DNA of 64,000 nt from Eledone cirrhosa (GCA_964016885.1 OZ024742.1:52576001-52640000); one strand, 5' to 3'; positions 17,060-31,238 are shown, numbered from the stretch's first letter. Made by a program: numbers and translations. The notes: generated by a model from the letters alone, not told the origin.

Positions 17060-18068
17060 GATTGAGAGTAATATAGATTAACAAAGTAGTCTATCTTGGA
17101 CCAACAACCGCTATTTTGGCTCCTACTTTGAGGGATACGCTTTTGCAATCCAAGAAAAGGAAATCAACACGAAATACCTGATTCACAAAAGAGATAGGGA
17201 TGCAGGTAAAACACCTATATGTGACAAGTGCAGACTCTGCAGAATTAACATCGAAGATGTCACCCATGTCATAAGCAGCTGTCCAAATATGTCATCACGG
17301 TACTCTATCTACCTATGAGGCATGATGTTGTGGCCAAAATACTGTACAATGCAATCCGTAGAAAAGATAGCCCCGATAATAAACACATTAAAAGCTACAG
17401 AAATGTGGAAGACATACATATACATAATATGAAAGAGTACTGGTGGAATGTTCCATTCCAGTAAAAACCCCAATAAAATACAGGCATAACAGACTAGATA
17501 TAATGATATGGGACGGAAAAGAAGGTATGCACAGCAGTGGAAGTTAGCTGCCCAGCAGATGCCAATATAATAATCAAAGATCAGCGAAAAGGATAATATC
17601 TATGCAGATCTAATGAGAAATCTGCAGATACTCCACCCTGATTATACCTTCAGATTTATGCCTGTGATTATTGGGGCACTGGGGTATGTTAGTAACTGCC
17701 TCAATACAAATCTTGAGAAGCCGGGCTTCACAGAAACAAAAAGAACACAACTAGTTAGGAAATTACAAGTGCAATCCATTAATGGAACACTAAAAATATG
17801 TAAAACATTCCAAAAAAATCTAATAATTGCATATACACATGTACATATACAAAGCGTATGCACATGCACACATACAACTCAAAACATACACATCCACACA
17901 TACAATAATATCTATACCTGCACACATATGCATGCATGCATACATGCAGACGTATCTACCTAGTTGATGTTGTGTAAATTCCAATGAGAGAGTCCTGAAA
18001 CTATGTTAGAAACCGACTCTCTCTTACTCTATTGGCAAAGATTTGTGAAATTATAAAACCAGAAGAAA
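17060..18068 (+). mobile_element. 5'-truncated second copy of the R4-clade element
   Basis: Colinear with 14640-15639, same 3' end GAAATTATAAAACCAGAAGAA followed by (CATA)n; preceded by (TACA)n. Confidence 0.9.
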
Positions 18069-18139
18069 CATACATACATACAAACACATATACATACGCA
18101 CGCGCACACAAACACACTTACATACATTATTATATATAT

Positions 18140-18254
18140 ATAATACGCAACTTCGATTGATTAGCGGCCTTTATACTCACCTGATCAATGAAACAATTGT
18201 TAATACTGTAAATAAAACCCCTTTTTGTACAGCCGACCATGTTATTTTTCACTC

Positions 18255-18262
<8 letters not shown>
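18140..18262 (+). mobile_element. PLE-type stub with a hammerhead remnant
   Basis: TTGATTAG..CTGATCAA stem, GAAA, palindromic ACAATTGT, AATAAA, tail, (TA)n; 5' core decayed. Confidence 0.5.
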
Positions 18263-18326
<64 letters not shown>

Positions 18327-18377
18327 GTATGTATATACATATATATATACATACATATATATATATATATACGCACA

Positions 18378-21300
18378 TGCACTTTCTACAGCCAGCTTTC
18401 CCTAGTTGGCCATTGATGCAAAAGGGAGTTTTTTGCTGCTGCCCTTATTTGCGATTCACTTTGTGATGCGGGTTCATCCCCGACTTCTTGTCAGCAGAAT
18501 GGCGAGATGTCTGATAAGAACATTTACATTTACACTACGTAGATCTCTCAGATTGTTTGGCAGCTAATTAAAGAACTGGTTTCTTTGAACCCCAGGCTAT
18601 TTCAGAATGTCGTCCTTATTCCTGATGCGACTGGTGGAACCTTTGGCAATGTACAGTGGCGTCCTGTTCTTGGTCTGGTCCTGTATTCAACGATCTTCCG
18701 TTCATGTACCACTACATGTCTCTCTTGTTTTCTCTCCAGGGAGCAAAGCTTTAGTTCTTTCAGCCTTCCCAGTAACTTTCATTGAGGCATTCCTCTTGGT
18801 GTAGCTTCGTTGGATTGCTTCAAGTTCTGTGTTTAGTGTTACACTGTGGAGTGACCTTAGCTGAAAGCAATAACTCAGTCGGCTGAGAACGAATGTCCTC
18901 CTGAGTGCCAGCATGATTTCTCAGTCTCTTTTCCTGAAAGTCCTCAGAATCCACCCCACCAATCTTCTGCACATTGTCGTAATGTTGGTGATGTTGCATG
19001 AAACGATGCATGTCAATATCCAGGTCTCGCATTGATTTTGACTCGGGAATTTCGATTACCCCTGTACTTTTGTTGTGGTTGTCCTATGTTTGTAGGTTGA
19101 TAGTGGATGGCTTAAAACTAAATTGCATATTATTGTCTTCAACCCATTCGTATATGGCATTTATATCCTGTTGTAAGAGAGTAGAATCAGCCAGTTTCTT
19201 GAATACCTGTGCTACTTTCGTGTCATCCGCATAGCTGGTGAAGAAGGTTGTCTGTTTTACAGAGGGCATGTCTGAGAGAGCCACCACAAACAGTAGTGGC
19301 CTTAAGACGGTTTTCAGGGGCACGCCGCTTGCTATTGATGTTTCGTTTGAAAAGGCCACATTGGCTGCAGCAGTTTGGCTTCTGACTTTTAAGAAGTTAT
19401 GAAGCCATTCACCTACTTTTCCTGCTGTGCCAAACTTACGTAGTTTATGATATATCGTTCCATGATCAGCATTGTGGAATGCTTTCACAAAGTCGTGATA
19501 TATCACATCTAAGTTTGAATGGTCGAGTAGCTGTTTGAGTATCCTGTCATGATGCTGTAAGAGCTGCGTAAGACAACATCTACCCCGGCGAAAGCCATGC
19601 TGGCTGTCAGTTAGAAGACCCTTTTCTTCTGATGATTTCTTCCATGACGTTGCTGATATGTGAGGTTAGAGAGACAGGTCTGTAGTTTTTTGTATCTGCT
19701 CTGCTTCTTCCTTTTTGGATAGGACATATTATGCCGTCTTTTAGTTTTCCATGTAGTTTACAACTTGTAATGGATCTTTATATGAGGATCTGCAGTTGTT
19801 TTGCTAACGGAAAACCATTAGGCCTAGCATCTGAATTTGGTCTCATTTCGTCTATAGTTGATACTACATATTTCTCTTTTAATATCTACATAGCTGATTA
19901 TTGCCATTTCTCTGTGTAATCCAGTGGTGTTAAAGAACTCATCTGGCTTATTTATTTGCGTGTTTCTCTTTCGAGGTGTGAAAACACTTTTATATTGCTC
20001 GTTCAGTACCTCACTTATCCCGTGGAGATCTGTGGTCAGTGTGCCTTTTTTATGGAAAAGTGGCCCCATACCGTTGTATACGGAGGCGGTCTCTTTTGCA
20101 AACTTAAAGAAGGCTTTAGGGTTAGACTTTATGTTTTCTATTGCCTTGGCTTCCCTTTCTGTCCCCTTCTTTTCATGGGAGAATTTGAGTTCAATTTCAA
20201 TTTCAAACAGTGCCTGCTTTAAATGGAATTAATTCTTGTTTTTACTTGTGTATATGGCCGCTTTGAGATCTTCGTTCTCCTTCTCAGAAGGATTTTCCTG
20301 TCTCTGGGACAAATATTTTTTGTGTCTGTTGGCCTTTCTTTCCGTGGAAAACTTAGAACATATGGCTCGTATTATTTCCAAGTTGCATTAGTTTCCCAGC
20401 TTGATTATTGCTCAAGTTATATGTTCACATCTTCTTTACAGAGTCTCTCGGTCCAGATTTGCTTCATGATCTCCTCCTGAATCCTTTTTCAGTTAGCTTT
20501 GTGGAACTGGATAGAGAACAGTTGATTCCTTTCGGTTGTATATCTAGTCTTCCTCGGACTATACATTATTAATTCTACTAGATTATCTTAATAGAAAATA
20601 GTTGATGAATTAGGGTCGTGTTATTTTTGAAGCAGAGATCTAGGATATTCTCACTTCTTGTTAGATTAAGTACCATTTGTTCCATGAAAATCTGTTTGTA
20701 AGGTCCAGAAATGATTCTGTTCGCCTTTGTTCAAGTGCCGTCATTTCTGAGAGTGGGCGACTTTCTGGCCATATAACCTTGAGGAGGTTAAAATCTCCCA
20801 GCAGTAGTATGTTAAGATTCTGATCCAAATCGATTAGCACTTTTACCTTTCTTAGGCGATCTTCAAATTTGTCCTCATATCAAGGTGCATCTTGTGGTCG
20901 ATGTGTGACACATATTACTATTTTGAGTTGCATTACGTGTAATATTAGCGTTTCAAAGAGTTGGAATGTGGCAACAGTACTAATGGTGTGACATCTTTAA
21001 GGAGATACAAACAATTTCACTATGAGTCCTGTCCCTCCTGTCAATACGAAATACAACATACATGGGTATGCGTATTTCTACATCCACTATGCTAGTGCTT
21101 TGTATATTGTTTAACTGTCTGTGGCTAGGTCTCTTAGGTAAGGGATCTTACTTATGTTGATCAGTTTTACCAGGCCTCTGACATTTAGTAGTAGCATTGC
21201 TGTGAGATTTGGGGTGTCAGTGGTGGCCACTGACATGACATTTGCGTGGATATCAGTCGTGGCCACCCCGAGTCTTTTATTTGTAGTGGTCACGAATGTT

Positions 21301-22200
21301 AGTGTGACTGACTTTGGCTTTGTAACTGATGAAGCCAAGTCGGCAATCTCACAATATTTCTGCAAAGTTTTAAAAAGACTGTTTTTTCCGCACCTACAAT
21401 CTGTACTGCTTCTGTATACTTTCCCCTCTTCATCGGAACAGTACGTGCAACCTCAGGATACTTCCTGGGCAGTTACCGTGTGTGTTGTGTTACCATGCTG
21501 GTTTTGATTGGAATATTTGGGATGAACAGGTTGGGAGTAGCTCGCATAGATTCTGAGACGCGCAACCATGCAGCCTGTCCCAGTTACCCCATGACAGCAC
21601 GTCCCTTTTTTGTACAAAGTACTTGAGATTACTTTTTCCCAGGGTCTCTGTTTTTCCTAGCTCTAGTTTTTGTCGCCTTAGCATTTACCCACTGGTTTCC
21701 CCCTACATTTTTTTTTTTTACAAATTTCTTCTTATTGGGGTCCGCCCCAGAGTTTCATTTTCTTTTTATTCACTGATATTGTCTGCATCGCAGGCCATCT
21801 CACTCCCAGTGGCTCTCAGATCCTCCAGGGCTCCCTTGGATCCTTTGTGGCTCGTAAGTGTTTGTCTTTTTCTTTATCCTTGCCTTCTTATTTCGTCTCC
21901 TCTGTGGATATATGGCTCAGCAGATCCATGTATGGTCTTACGATCGTAAAGCCACGAACAAATACGTTCCTTTCCGATGTATGTGCACCAAAGTTCTCAA
22001 AACGCCACAGCTTTTCATGCTCTCCTTAATGGAGTACCACCGGCAAAGCTCCGTGTCCTGAACAGTCTCAAATTCTTTCGCTTTCCAGTTTCGTTGAATT
22101 TTGTTTTCATTTTCATGACCATTGTTATATATTGTAGTGCATTTCACTGGAATTTCACAAAAAACAAACGATTTTTAGGTTTCAGTTGCTCACCTCAGAG
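18378..22200 (-). mobile_element. Old, near-full-length CR1/L2-group LINE (ORF1 remnant, APE, RT), heavily decayed
   Basis: Fragments LLLNVRGLV (APE start), LGDFNL, DFVKAFHNADHG, SGVP, YADDTK, LSRLSYC; many stops and frameshifts. Confidence 0.8.
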
Positions 22201-22412
22201 TAAATGAAAAAATGTTTTGGTTCCTATCTTATTATCTCGATAACTATTTAAAGATGTAAATAAAATAAAAAATACCTACCTGAAATATTTCAATAATTAA
22301 ATAAATAAATAAATAATGAATAATAAAACAGAATACCAATTACAATATTTCAATAATTGATAAAAAGAAATACTTTACTATTTCAAAAGGAGAGACCAGA
22401 GAGAAGCGACGG

Positions 22413-22496
<84 letters not shown>

Positions 22497-22519
22497 CGCG
22501 CGTGTGTGCGTGTGTGTGT

Positions 22520-22720
22520 AGGAAATCAATGTAAATCAGAAAGCGTCCACCGTCAAACAAAGAGTGCTCAATACGTTAGTAAAGAATTGGTATATTCATT
22601 TCATTGTAGAAATGACGTCTACAAGACTAGAATAGTTTCACTCATAAGGAATCATCACGATTTTCCGACTATTCTTTTTACGAATGAAACAGTACTAATC
22701 TACTATTTCTATAATTAAAT
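22520..22720 (-). mobile_element. PLE-type stub with a decayed hammerhead (~22620-22662)
   Basis: Minus strand: GTGATGA-TTCCTTATGAGT-GAAA-CTATTCTAG-TC; tail contains ATTGAGCACTC. Confidence 0.5.
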
Positions 22721-22734
22721 TTATATACACACAT

Positions 22735-24505
22735 ATGTCCTGCACCATCCACGAGCTGATCTCCTCTCACCTACCCCCGACAGCCACCAACCTTATTGTA
22801 CGCACCCCTCGCACACCCACCATCTACTTCCTCCCCAAAATACACAAACAAAATAATCCTGGCCGTCCTATCGTTTCTGCGTGCAATTGCCCCACCGAGA
22901 TAATTTCTGAATATTTAGACACCATCCTCGCCCCGTTGGTCGGCAATCTCCCCTCCCACATCCACGATACAAATCATGCCCTTAGACTTTTCAACTCTTT
23001 CTCCTTCCCTCCTGGTCCCTCCCGCCTTCTCTTTACCCTGGACATCACTTCTCTCTATACCGTCATCCCTCATGATGACGGCCTCCACGCTCTCCAGTAT
23101 TTTTTAGATTTACGCCCTACCCCTTACCCCAGCACACCACTCTTCTCCGTCTGGCTGAGCTTGTTCTCACCCTTAATGGATTTTCTTTTTTTGGGGTGAA
23201 TTTTACCAGCAGGTCTCTGGGGTAGCGATGGGAACCAGAATGGGTCAAAACTATGCCAACTTGTTTGTTGGCTACGTCGAAGTCCAGATGTTCTCCCAGT
23301 ACGCTGGACCGACTCCTGAGCTATACCGTCTTTATATCGACGATGTATCGACGCCACCTCTCTATCACGAGAACAGCTTGACTGTTTTCTTTCTTTTGTC
23401 CAATGTTTCCATCCTGCTCTCAATTTCATCGCCTCGGTCTCCGATTCTTCTGTCGCTTTTCTAGATGTCTCTCTATCTATTAATCACTCTCACCACACCG
23501 TCTCTACTTCCATCTATCTCGACTTCACCTCCTCCCATCCAACCCACACCAAACACTCCATAGCCTATTCCAAAATCCTCCGTCTTCGTCGACTCTGTAG
23601 CCAGGACGACGATTTCGAAACCCATTCCCTTTGCATGGCTTCTTGCTTCATCCAGCGTGGATACTCCCCATCTTGATCCAAGCTGCTCTCACCGAGGCCC
23701 GTGAACCGTGAAACAGACCGCCCCACAGCCCTCTCACCTCACCCCCGCCCTCCCAACACCCGTGTTCCTTTCCCTCTCACCTACCATCCCAGCACCCTAC
23801 GACTCCGTCGACATATCCTCCGTTCCTTCCGTATCCTCTTTTCTGACCCCGTCACTTCTCGCTTTTTTCCAAACCCACCCATTACTGCTGTTAAGCGCGC
23901 CCGAAACCTCCGCGACCTCCTGGTTCATAGTTCTTTTTCGTCCTCTCCCACGACTCCACCCAGCTCTCATCCTTGTTTCTGTTCCCGCTGCAACACTTGT
24001 CCCTTTATTTCCACTCTCACCACTCTTACAGGCCCTAACGGGTCTTTCCGTATCCGTCATTCCTTCACCTGCACATCCAACCACGTTGTCTATGCCCTCC
24101 GGTGTTCCCTTTGCGGGTCTTTATATATCGGACAAACGGTACGCCCTATGGCGTACCAGTTTGCCGAACATTTGAGGGACATACAACTTGGTTTGGATAC
24201 TCCTGTCGCCCGTCATTTCTGTTCTCCTGGTCATTCTTCCCTACATGTTTCAGTCCTGGGTGTCCTTTTACATCATGGATCACAGGCCTCGCGCACCAGG
24301 ACTGAACAAAGTCGGATTCATCGTCTTGGGTTCTATTCCCCTCTTGGACTCAACTCACCTCCCCAATTTCTTTAATACACCGTCCATTATCACACCCCTA
24401 GATTCCTATCACTTTCTCTTTGCTCATAGCTTCGTACTTACATGCACACACACTCTTTTACTCACATATACACACATATCTCTTCTTAGCTTCGTAGCGA
24501 ACTAT

Positions 24506-24583
<78 letters not shown>

Positions 24584-24960
24584 ACACCCCCCCTCACAAA
24601 CACACACACACTCATGCTTACGCACGTGTTAAAGTATATCTCTTTTTACAAAACGTTCTTTTTTCTATTTCAGGTCGACGCCTGCCATCATCCGCTTTTC
24701 TAAAAAACAAATCAGACACAAAACGCCAGCACCAACAGTTTTGCAAAAGATGTCAGCATAAATGGACCTATTACTTTAATCTAAAGACATTTTTTCAAAT
24801 TCCAACCCGCCCGTCCCGTTAATCTATTTTATTTCTCATTCTTTCTTCGTTGAAGGACTAGCGTCCGAAACGTTAAGACCCTCTTCCTGCTATATCAAGC
24901 GTTAACCTAATATATACCTTCCATATACTGTACCGATTGTGTTGTTATTTCTGTTTATCT
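22735..24960 (+). mobile_element. 5'-truncated, frameshifted Penelope-like element (Neptune-like; RT + Cys linker + GIY-YIG)
   Basis: YFLPKIHK..GRPIVS, LDITSLYT, AMGTRMG.NYANLF, YIDD, C..RC.TC, VVYALRCSLC..YIGQT; decayed HHR at 24844-24878 (TCTT..GGAC-TAGC-GTCC-GAAA-CG-TT-AAGA). Confidence 0.9.
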
Positions 24961-24962
24961 TT

Positions 24963-25067
<105 letters not shown>

Positions 25068-25438
25068 AAATATGTCACGAATGTATATATATGTGTGTGT
25101 GTGTGTATGTATATGTATTCATATACAGTATGTCTATAAGTATGGACATATAGATATATAGGAGGTGTATATATCTCATACATACATGAACATATTTATT
25201 TCAGTAATTCGATTTCTCTTTCTTTCCTCGCTTTATTTCGATCTTCTGACTATCACCCTTCTATTTCTAATTTGTTCCTCCTATCATCTTACTTCCACAC
25301 TCTACCATTCTTTTGTCATTCTTTCCTCTATTTATCATCTTTTCTTACCTTCTTCCTCCCACTCACTGATGTCTCAGTCTCTCTCTCACTCTCTCTCTCT
25401 CTCACACTCACTCCCTCACACCCTCTCTCTCACTATAT

Positions 25439-25500
<62 letters not shown>

Positions 25501-25879
25501 GTGTGTGTGCTTGTAAGGTTATGGCTAATAATATACGGAGCGAACAACCTAATTCTATTTCTTGTTCAGGTTGAGCCAGCCTAGTACTGCGTATGCAAAT
25601 AAGGTGAATCGGTTCATAAGTGTTAAAACTATATTTAAGGGGTTTATTTGAGTTACAGTATGAGGCAAGGAAAGGGGTGCATACCTTGCCAATGGCAACA
25701 CAACCAGAAACAATTGTCGGCTGCTTTCACATTTGCTTCTGATGAAAATAGGTGGGCCACCAGCTTTACAATTTATAACTAGATACTTCCAAATGTTTAT
25801 TTGTAAACTTCGTAAATTATTCGATATACAAACCTTACAGCCATGTATGTATAACAGCTATGTTAGAGCAAACCCCTCA

Positions 25880-25955
<76 letters not shown>

Positions 25956-25993
25956 ATATATATATACATTATATATTATATATTATATATACA

Positions 25994-26054
<61 letters not shown>

Positions 26055-26056
<2 letters not shown>

Positions 26057-27725
26057 TAATAAAAACAATGGATAAAAACAAAGAACAAGTTTCTTATATT
26101 AAAAAATTCATCATTTTACGATCGTTTCTAGGATATATATGTGTGTTGGTATGTATATCATATAGATCTATGTAAAAATATTACAAACTATCAGAAGAAA
26201 TATACATACCTTCACATATATATGCTGCCCTCAGAAATAATGAGATTTGTTTATTGAAAAAAAAACAACAAAGATTTAATATAATAGGTCTGTTTGGGAA
26301 CAGGTTTTGAATTGACCAATAGAAAAGTAGTAAGAGGTCAAGTTGATAGAATAGTAGTAGTAGAAATTTTGTTTACGGGTAGAGGAATTCAGACTCATGT
26401 TTTGAATGGAAAGAATACTTTGAAAGAAAAGAATACTTTGAGGATGAAAAGAGGTCAAGCCGGTGAAGGGTACACGAAAATTTGATGTTATTAAAGAATA
26501 ATGTTAATGTTAAAACCGAAGGAGAGTAAAATTTTAGGGTAAAGGTATTAGTGAGAAATACCAGTCTTATTTAAAACACAAGGAATTTAGATCTATAAAA
26601 AGAAATTAAATTAATTGATAGGTATACTTATAGGGATAAATGTATATTAATTCATATGGATGTGATAAATAAGAATTAGATGTTATTAAAGAATGTTTTT
26701 AAAAACGAAGGAAAATAAAATGTTGGGATAAGTGTAGTAGTGAGAAATACCAATCTTATATCGACTACAAGGAATCTCGATTCATAACAGGAAATTAAAT
26801 TAATTTATATGTATACTTTTAGGTATTAATTTTAGGAAAAGAGAGCTGTAAGAGGGAAATAAAATTATGAAGTTCTCTGTAGTAAAGTACTAATTATAGG
26901 TTAACTAAATTAAAAAAACTAATTATAATAATATGTAAAATATAAGTGTAAGGTGTATATTAATTAGGTTTATAATATTTGAAAGTTCTTCTAATTCTAT
27001 GATTGCAAGATATAATTAATTCTTGTCGCTTATTTAATAGGATATCCTTAGATTTCATTATTTCAAAAAGTTCCTGGGAGCATAATCTACACTCATATCT
27101 GTTATTTTGATAAGGAGTGGCCCTTTTGAGCACACTCCAGGTCAGGTTGTAATCGATATTTTTTGTTCTATAATTATTAATTGTTTGAGCCAATGATGCT
27201 GTATTAGCTAATCCGGCATTTTTAAAAACTATGTTTGTGGGTATTAAATCTTACTTTAAATTGGTTAGACGTAGCTTCTATATATGAATAAGTTGAGTCC
27301 TTAGTGCTAATTTTACATTTATATACTATGTTATTAATAAGACAATTTCCCTTTAATGGGAAATTTCTTTTGTTTCTACAGTTATAACCATTCGTGAATA
27401 TTATATCAGGGGAGTTAGTCAAATTTGGTGTGGAATTTACTCGACTTGTTATATGTGAAGGAGATGGTGGTTTGTTGCGGTTTATTTTAGTATTATGGTT
27501 GGTTTGATGTGTTGGTGGTATATTCGTGGTTTTTTTACATTTATATGCATTGTACGCGCTTATATTTTTGGTAGTGGAGTAGGAAAATTTGACAGTTGAT
27601 CTATTTAAAAGTTGATGGTATTTATGGTTAGGCGGGAAGTTTTTCTCTAGGATAGTAAAAAAATTTTTAGGGATATTATCTTTAATTTGTAGATTAAATG
27701 GAGCAGTATACCGAGTAACTATATA
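26055..27725 (-). mobile_element. 3' part of a Penelope-like element (GIY-YIG with CxC/CxLC motifs, Naiad-like) plus long 3' UTR
   Basis: NCRNK..PLKGNCLINNIVYKC..YI..F..R.N.HK, CRLC..E..LLNKRQELIISC.H; ~195-bp tandem duplication in the UTR (26486/26680). Confidence 0.8.
26108..26243 (-). ncRNA. Type I hammerhead motif with a very long stem II
   Basis: TCATTATTT-CTGAGGG-(ATATATATGTG..CACATATATAT)-GAAA-CGATCG-TA-AAATGATGA; 9-bp stem I, palindromic stem III; A9 changed to G. Confidence 0.7.
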
Positions 27726-27855
27726 TAATTGGATATATGAGAGGGATGAACACAGATATAAGTATACATGTGTTCCAATTGCAAATGACCAAGTTAGCTA
27801 GATTGAAAAATACTAATTTAAAACAATATGGTTTTCCTGACTCGACTTAACGTAA

Positions 27856-29463
27856 TCTATATATATATAAAACTGTAGTTGTCTGTTGTGTTTCCTCATT
27901 TTTGCAAAGTCTATACAAATCCACATTTCCGATTGACTTCAAACTTTCATTTATATATTCCTTGCGTTCTAAAGATATTAACTGCAGCTTTTATTTTTCA
28001 ATTTCCTATTGTTAAAGGGGTGTTAGGAGCCGGTTATCCATCTCCGTCGCGCTCTCATAATATCTGTCTGTATGCCTGTTTGTCTGCATTAAGACATTCT
28101 GACGAACATTGATGAATGATTCTGTTCGCTATTTTCCGTTAATTGCCAAGGAACGTCTTCACGAACCAAAGTATCGTCTTCCTGTTTTCCTTCGGTTGGA
28201 ACGTTTTTAGAAATATTTACTTCTGCGTTCACAGATTGATTTTTTTTTTTGTTTCAGAAGATCCCGTTAAGGATGAAAGCAGCGATTCTTTGCTTAAACT
28301 TTAATCTGTTATTTTAATATATAATATAAGCGAGGCAAGCCAGCCCTGTTGCACTTCTTGCCAATACACATTACCTCTTTGTGCGCCATTCATCTAACTG
28401 TAGACCAACAAATACCAACTAAACGGAACATTGACAAGAACGATGGCAAATGAATCTTCCAGGTAAGCAGTTTCCTCCCGAGCTGTTAGTTCACGCAGGA
28501 TTCTCTGCTACACCTTTTCGTAATAATACCGAACAACGTACTGCTGGTCACTCCTTCCGCCAAATGCCGTACAAAGCGGACATGTGCATCAGGTAGATGG
28601 ATCAAATGCACATCGACACCAGGCCTACGCGAGAAATTCGCAAGGGACTGCACCGACAGGGATAGAGAGAAAGAGTAACTTAGTGGAAAGAGTGCGAATG
28701 AACTTTTGAGGTAAGTAGCCTACGCCTTACTGCTATGGCACTGGAACGTTCTGCCCACTTAACCTGTGACTTTCTCTTTCACATTTACTCCAAAGGGCCA
28801 AAACAGAGGAGTATGAAAAGAAGGGCTCAACAATATTTCTATGAACAATGCACGTAGACAGCTAAACTGTACTTTCTACTTCTTAATTTTCTCCAAATAA
28901 AACAAGTTTCCTGTCGGTATATTTTCGTGAGTTTTTAACAGGCACTCACAAATAAACGTTTCTCATTGGAGGTGCTATTACCAATGTTCTTACCCGTGCA
29001 ACGCCGGGTCTGTATGTCTGACTGTCTGCATAACGACATTATGACCACCACGTCATTGCTGACGTATTATCTTCGCCACATTCATACACACATATATATA
29101 CATATATATATACATATGCATATATATATACACACATATATACATATACACACACATATATACACATATATATACATACATATATAAACACATATACACA
29201 TATATATATATACACATATACATATATATAAATATACACATAAAAATATATTTATCTATCTAGAGCGGGTAAAATTCAAGAGATCCATGGACGAGTTCTC
29301 TCCAGCGTGGGTTTTGGCCGTGTAAAAAAGGTTATAACAAGATAGAAATATCAAAAAATTCAAACAACAAAAATTCCCCAATAGGCACTCACAAATAAAC
29401 GTTTCTCATTGGAAGTGCTATTACCAATGATCTTACCCGTGTAACACCGGGATACACAGCTAT
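27856..29463 (+). mobile_element. Non-autonomous Helitron, rearranged
   Basis: 5' A|TCTATATATATAAAA; 3' hairpin CCCG..CGGG at ~28993 and ~29436, the latter followed by a degenerate CTAT; body shared with 33785-34444. Confidence 0.7.
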
Positions 29464-29877
29464 TATATATATATATATAACTGTAGTTGTCTGTGTGTGT
29501 GTCCTCATTTTTGCAAAGTCTATACAAATCCACATTTCTACTCCGATTGACTTCAAACTTGCATTTCTATATTCATTGCGGTCTAAAGATATTAACTGCA
29601 GCTTTTATTTTTCAATGTTCTGTTGTTAAAGGGGTGTTAGGCGCCGGTTATCGATCCCCGTCGAGCCCTTATAATATTTGTCTGTATACCTGACTGTCTG
29701 CATTACGACTTTCTGATGAACACGTCATTGTTGACGTATTATCCTCGCTACATTCACACAGACACACACACACATATATATATATATATACATATATACT
29801 TATATATACATATATATATATACACATATATACATATACACACATATATACACATATACATATATATATATATATAT

Positions 29878-30087
29878 ATAGGAACGAGTAGGACCCCGAC
29901 GGCTGAGCTCAAGCCGTTTCGACGGCTAATTCTGGACTAAAATCAGTTTAGTCCAGCATTAGCCGTCGAAACGGCTTGAGCTCAGCCGTCGGGGTCCTAC
30001 TCGTTCCTATTACCCACTCTACTACTCTAAGTATTGAGTACTTTGGTGCGTTATGGTCCACCTGGTTCCTTACCACATTTTCTTCGT

Positions 30088-30088
<1 letters not shown>
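29878..30088 (+). mobile_element. Minimal fold-back PLE stub (same family as 54390-55232)
   Basis: ~62-bp inverted arms, 3' half of an HHR (GAAA-CGGCTTGAGCTCAGCCG-TC-GGGGT), tail. Confidence 0.8.
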
Positions 30089-30116
<28 letters not shown>

Positions 30117-30118
<2 letters not shown>

Positions 30119-31207
30119 TTTCTGAATTTGTTTAGCAAGATTCTTTACCTGAAAACGTGTGTTGAAACCGATATTGTTATATTTTGGGAGGGTCATGTTG
30201 CCAATAAGAAACACACGCACCAGTTGCTTTCAGTCCAACTTATTATAAATTAAATTATAAATTTCCGGTTGGCTGGTTGGTTCCACAACTGGACAGTTGT
30301 TCATATATTGTCAAAGTTCTTTCGTCACACATTCTGTGACCTCATCATTGACCGGGTATTCTTTTATTTGTTTTGTGCCTCTCCTACGTCATCTTGTTTT
30401 TATGTGTGTTGTGTGCTTAGTTTGCGCATGTGTTACATCCGGGTGTCTGTGTGTGTTTTTATTTGTTTGTTTATTTGTTTATTTACATGTTACTAGTTAG
30501 TTGTTTGTTCTATGTGTGTGTGTTTTCATTTTGTCCTTAATTGTAAGTTGTGATTTTGCTATTCCATTCATGTTTTCTACTTAATTTTGGTTGTAGTTCA
30601 TTTATGTTTATTGCCTCTGTGATTTGTCAAAACATTGCGTCTTTTCTGTGTGCGAATTTTATTTTTATTTCTATGTTCTCTAATTTGCTCTTATGTTCTA
30701 TTTTAGCATGTTGGTGGAGTACTGATGAGTCTTTTCTATCTTGGAGTACTCGCCAGTGTTCATTTAATCGTTCTGCTATGCTAAGAGCTGTCTCATCTAT
30801 GTACATTATATTCTTATCTTTACATTTAAGGACAAAATGAAAACACACACACATAGAACAAACAAATAACTAGTAACATGTAAATAAACAAATAAACAAA
30901 CAAATAAAAAAACAAACCCGGATGTAAAACATGCGCAAACTAAGCACACAACACACACAAAAACAAGATGGCATAGGACAGAACAAAGGAGAGGCACAAA
31001 ACAAAGATAAGAATCCCCGGTCACTGATGAGGTCACGGAATGTGTGACGAAAGAACTTTGACAATATATGAACAACCGTCCGGTTGTGGAACCAACCAAC
31101 CAACTGGAAATTTATAAAAAAAAATTTTAATTTATAATAAATTGGAGTGAAAGCAACTGGTGCGTGTGTTTCTAATTGGCAACATGACCCTCCCAAAGCA
31201 TAACAAT
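30117..31207 (-). mobile_element. Truncated PLE: tail + pLTR + end of GIY-YIG, capped by an inverted pLTR (30824-31207)
   Basis: YIDETA..ER..EH..SVLHQHA; ~380-bp inverted arms; HHR in each arm. Confidence 0.85.
31020..31062 (+). ncRNA. Minimal type I hammerhead (other copies: 30310-30352 minus, mutated; 36077-36119 minus, intact)
   Basis: GTCA-CTGATGA-G-GTCAC-GGAATGT-GTGAC-GAAA-GAAC-TT-TGAC. Confidence 0.85.
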
Positions 31208-31238
31208 ATATATATGTGTCATTCCCCTCTATATATTG

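Noticed and set aside
25571-25750. Small plus-strand exon candidates
   Set aside because: Splice-like sites are present but give no consistent frame or recognisable peptide
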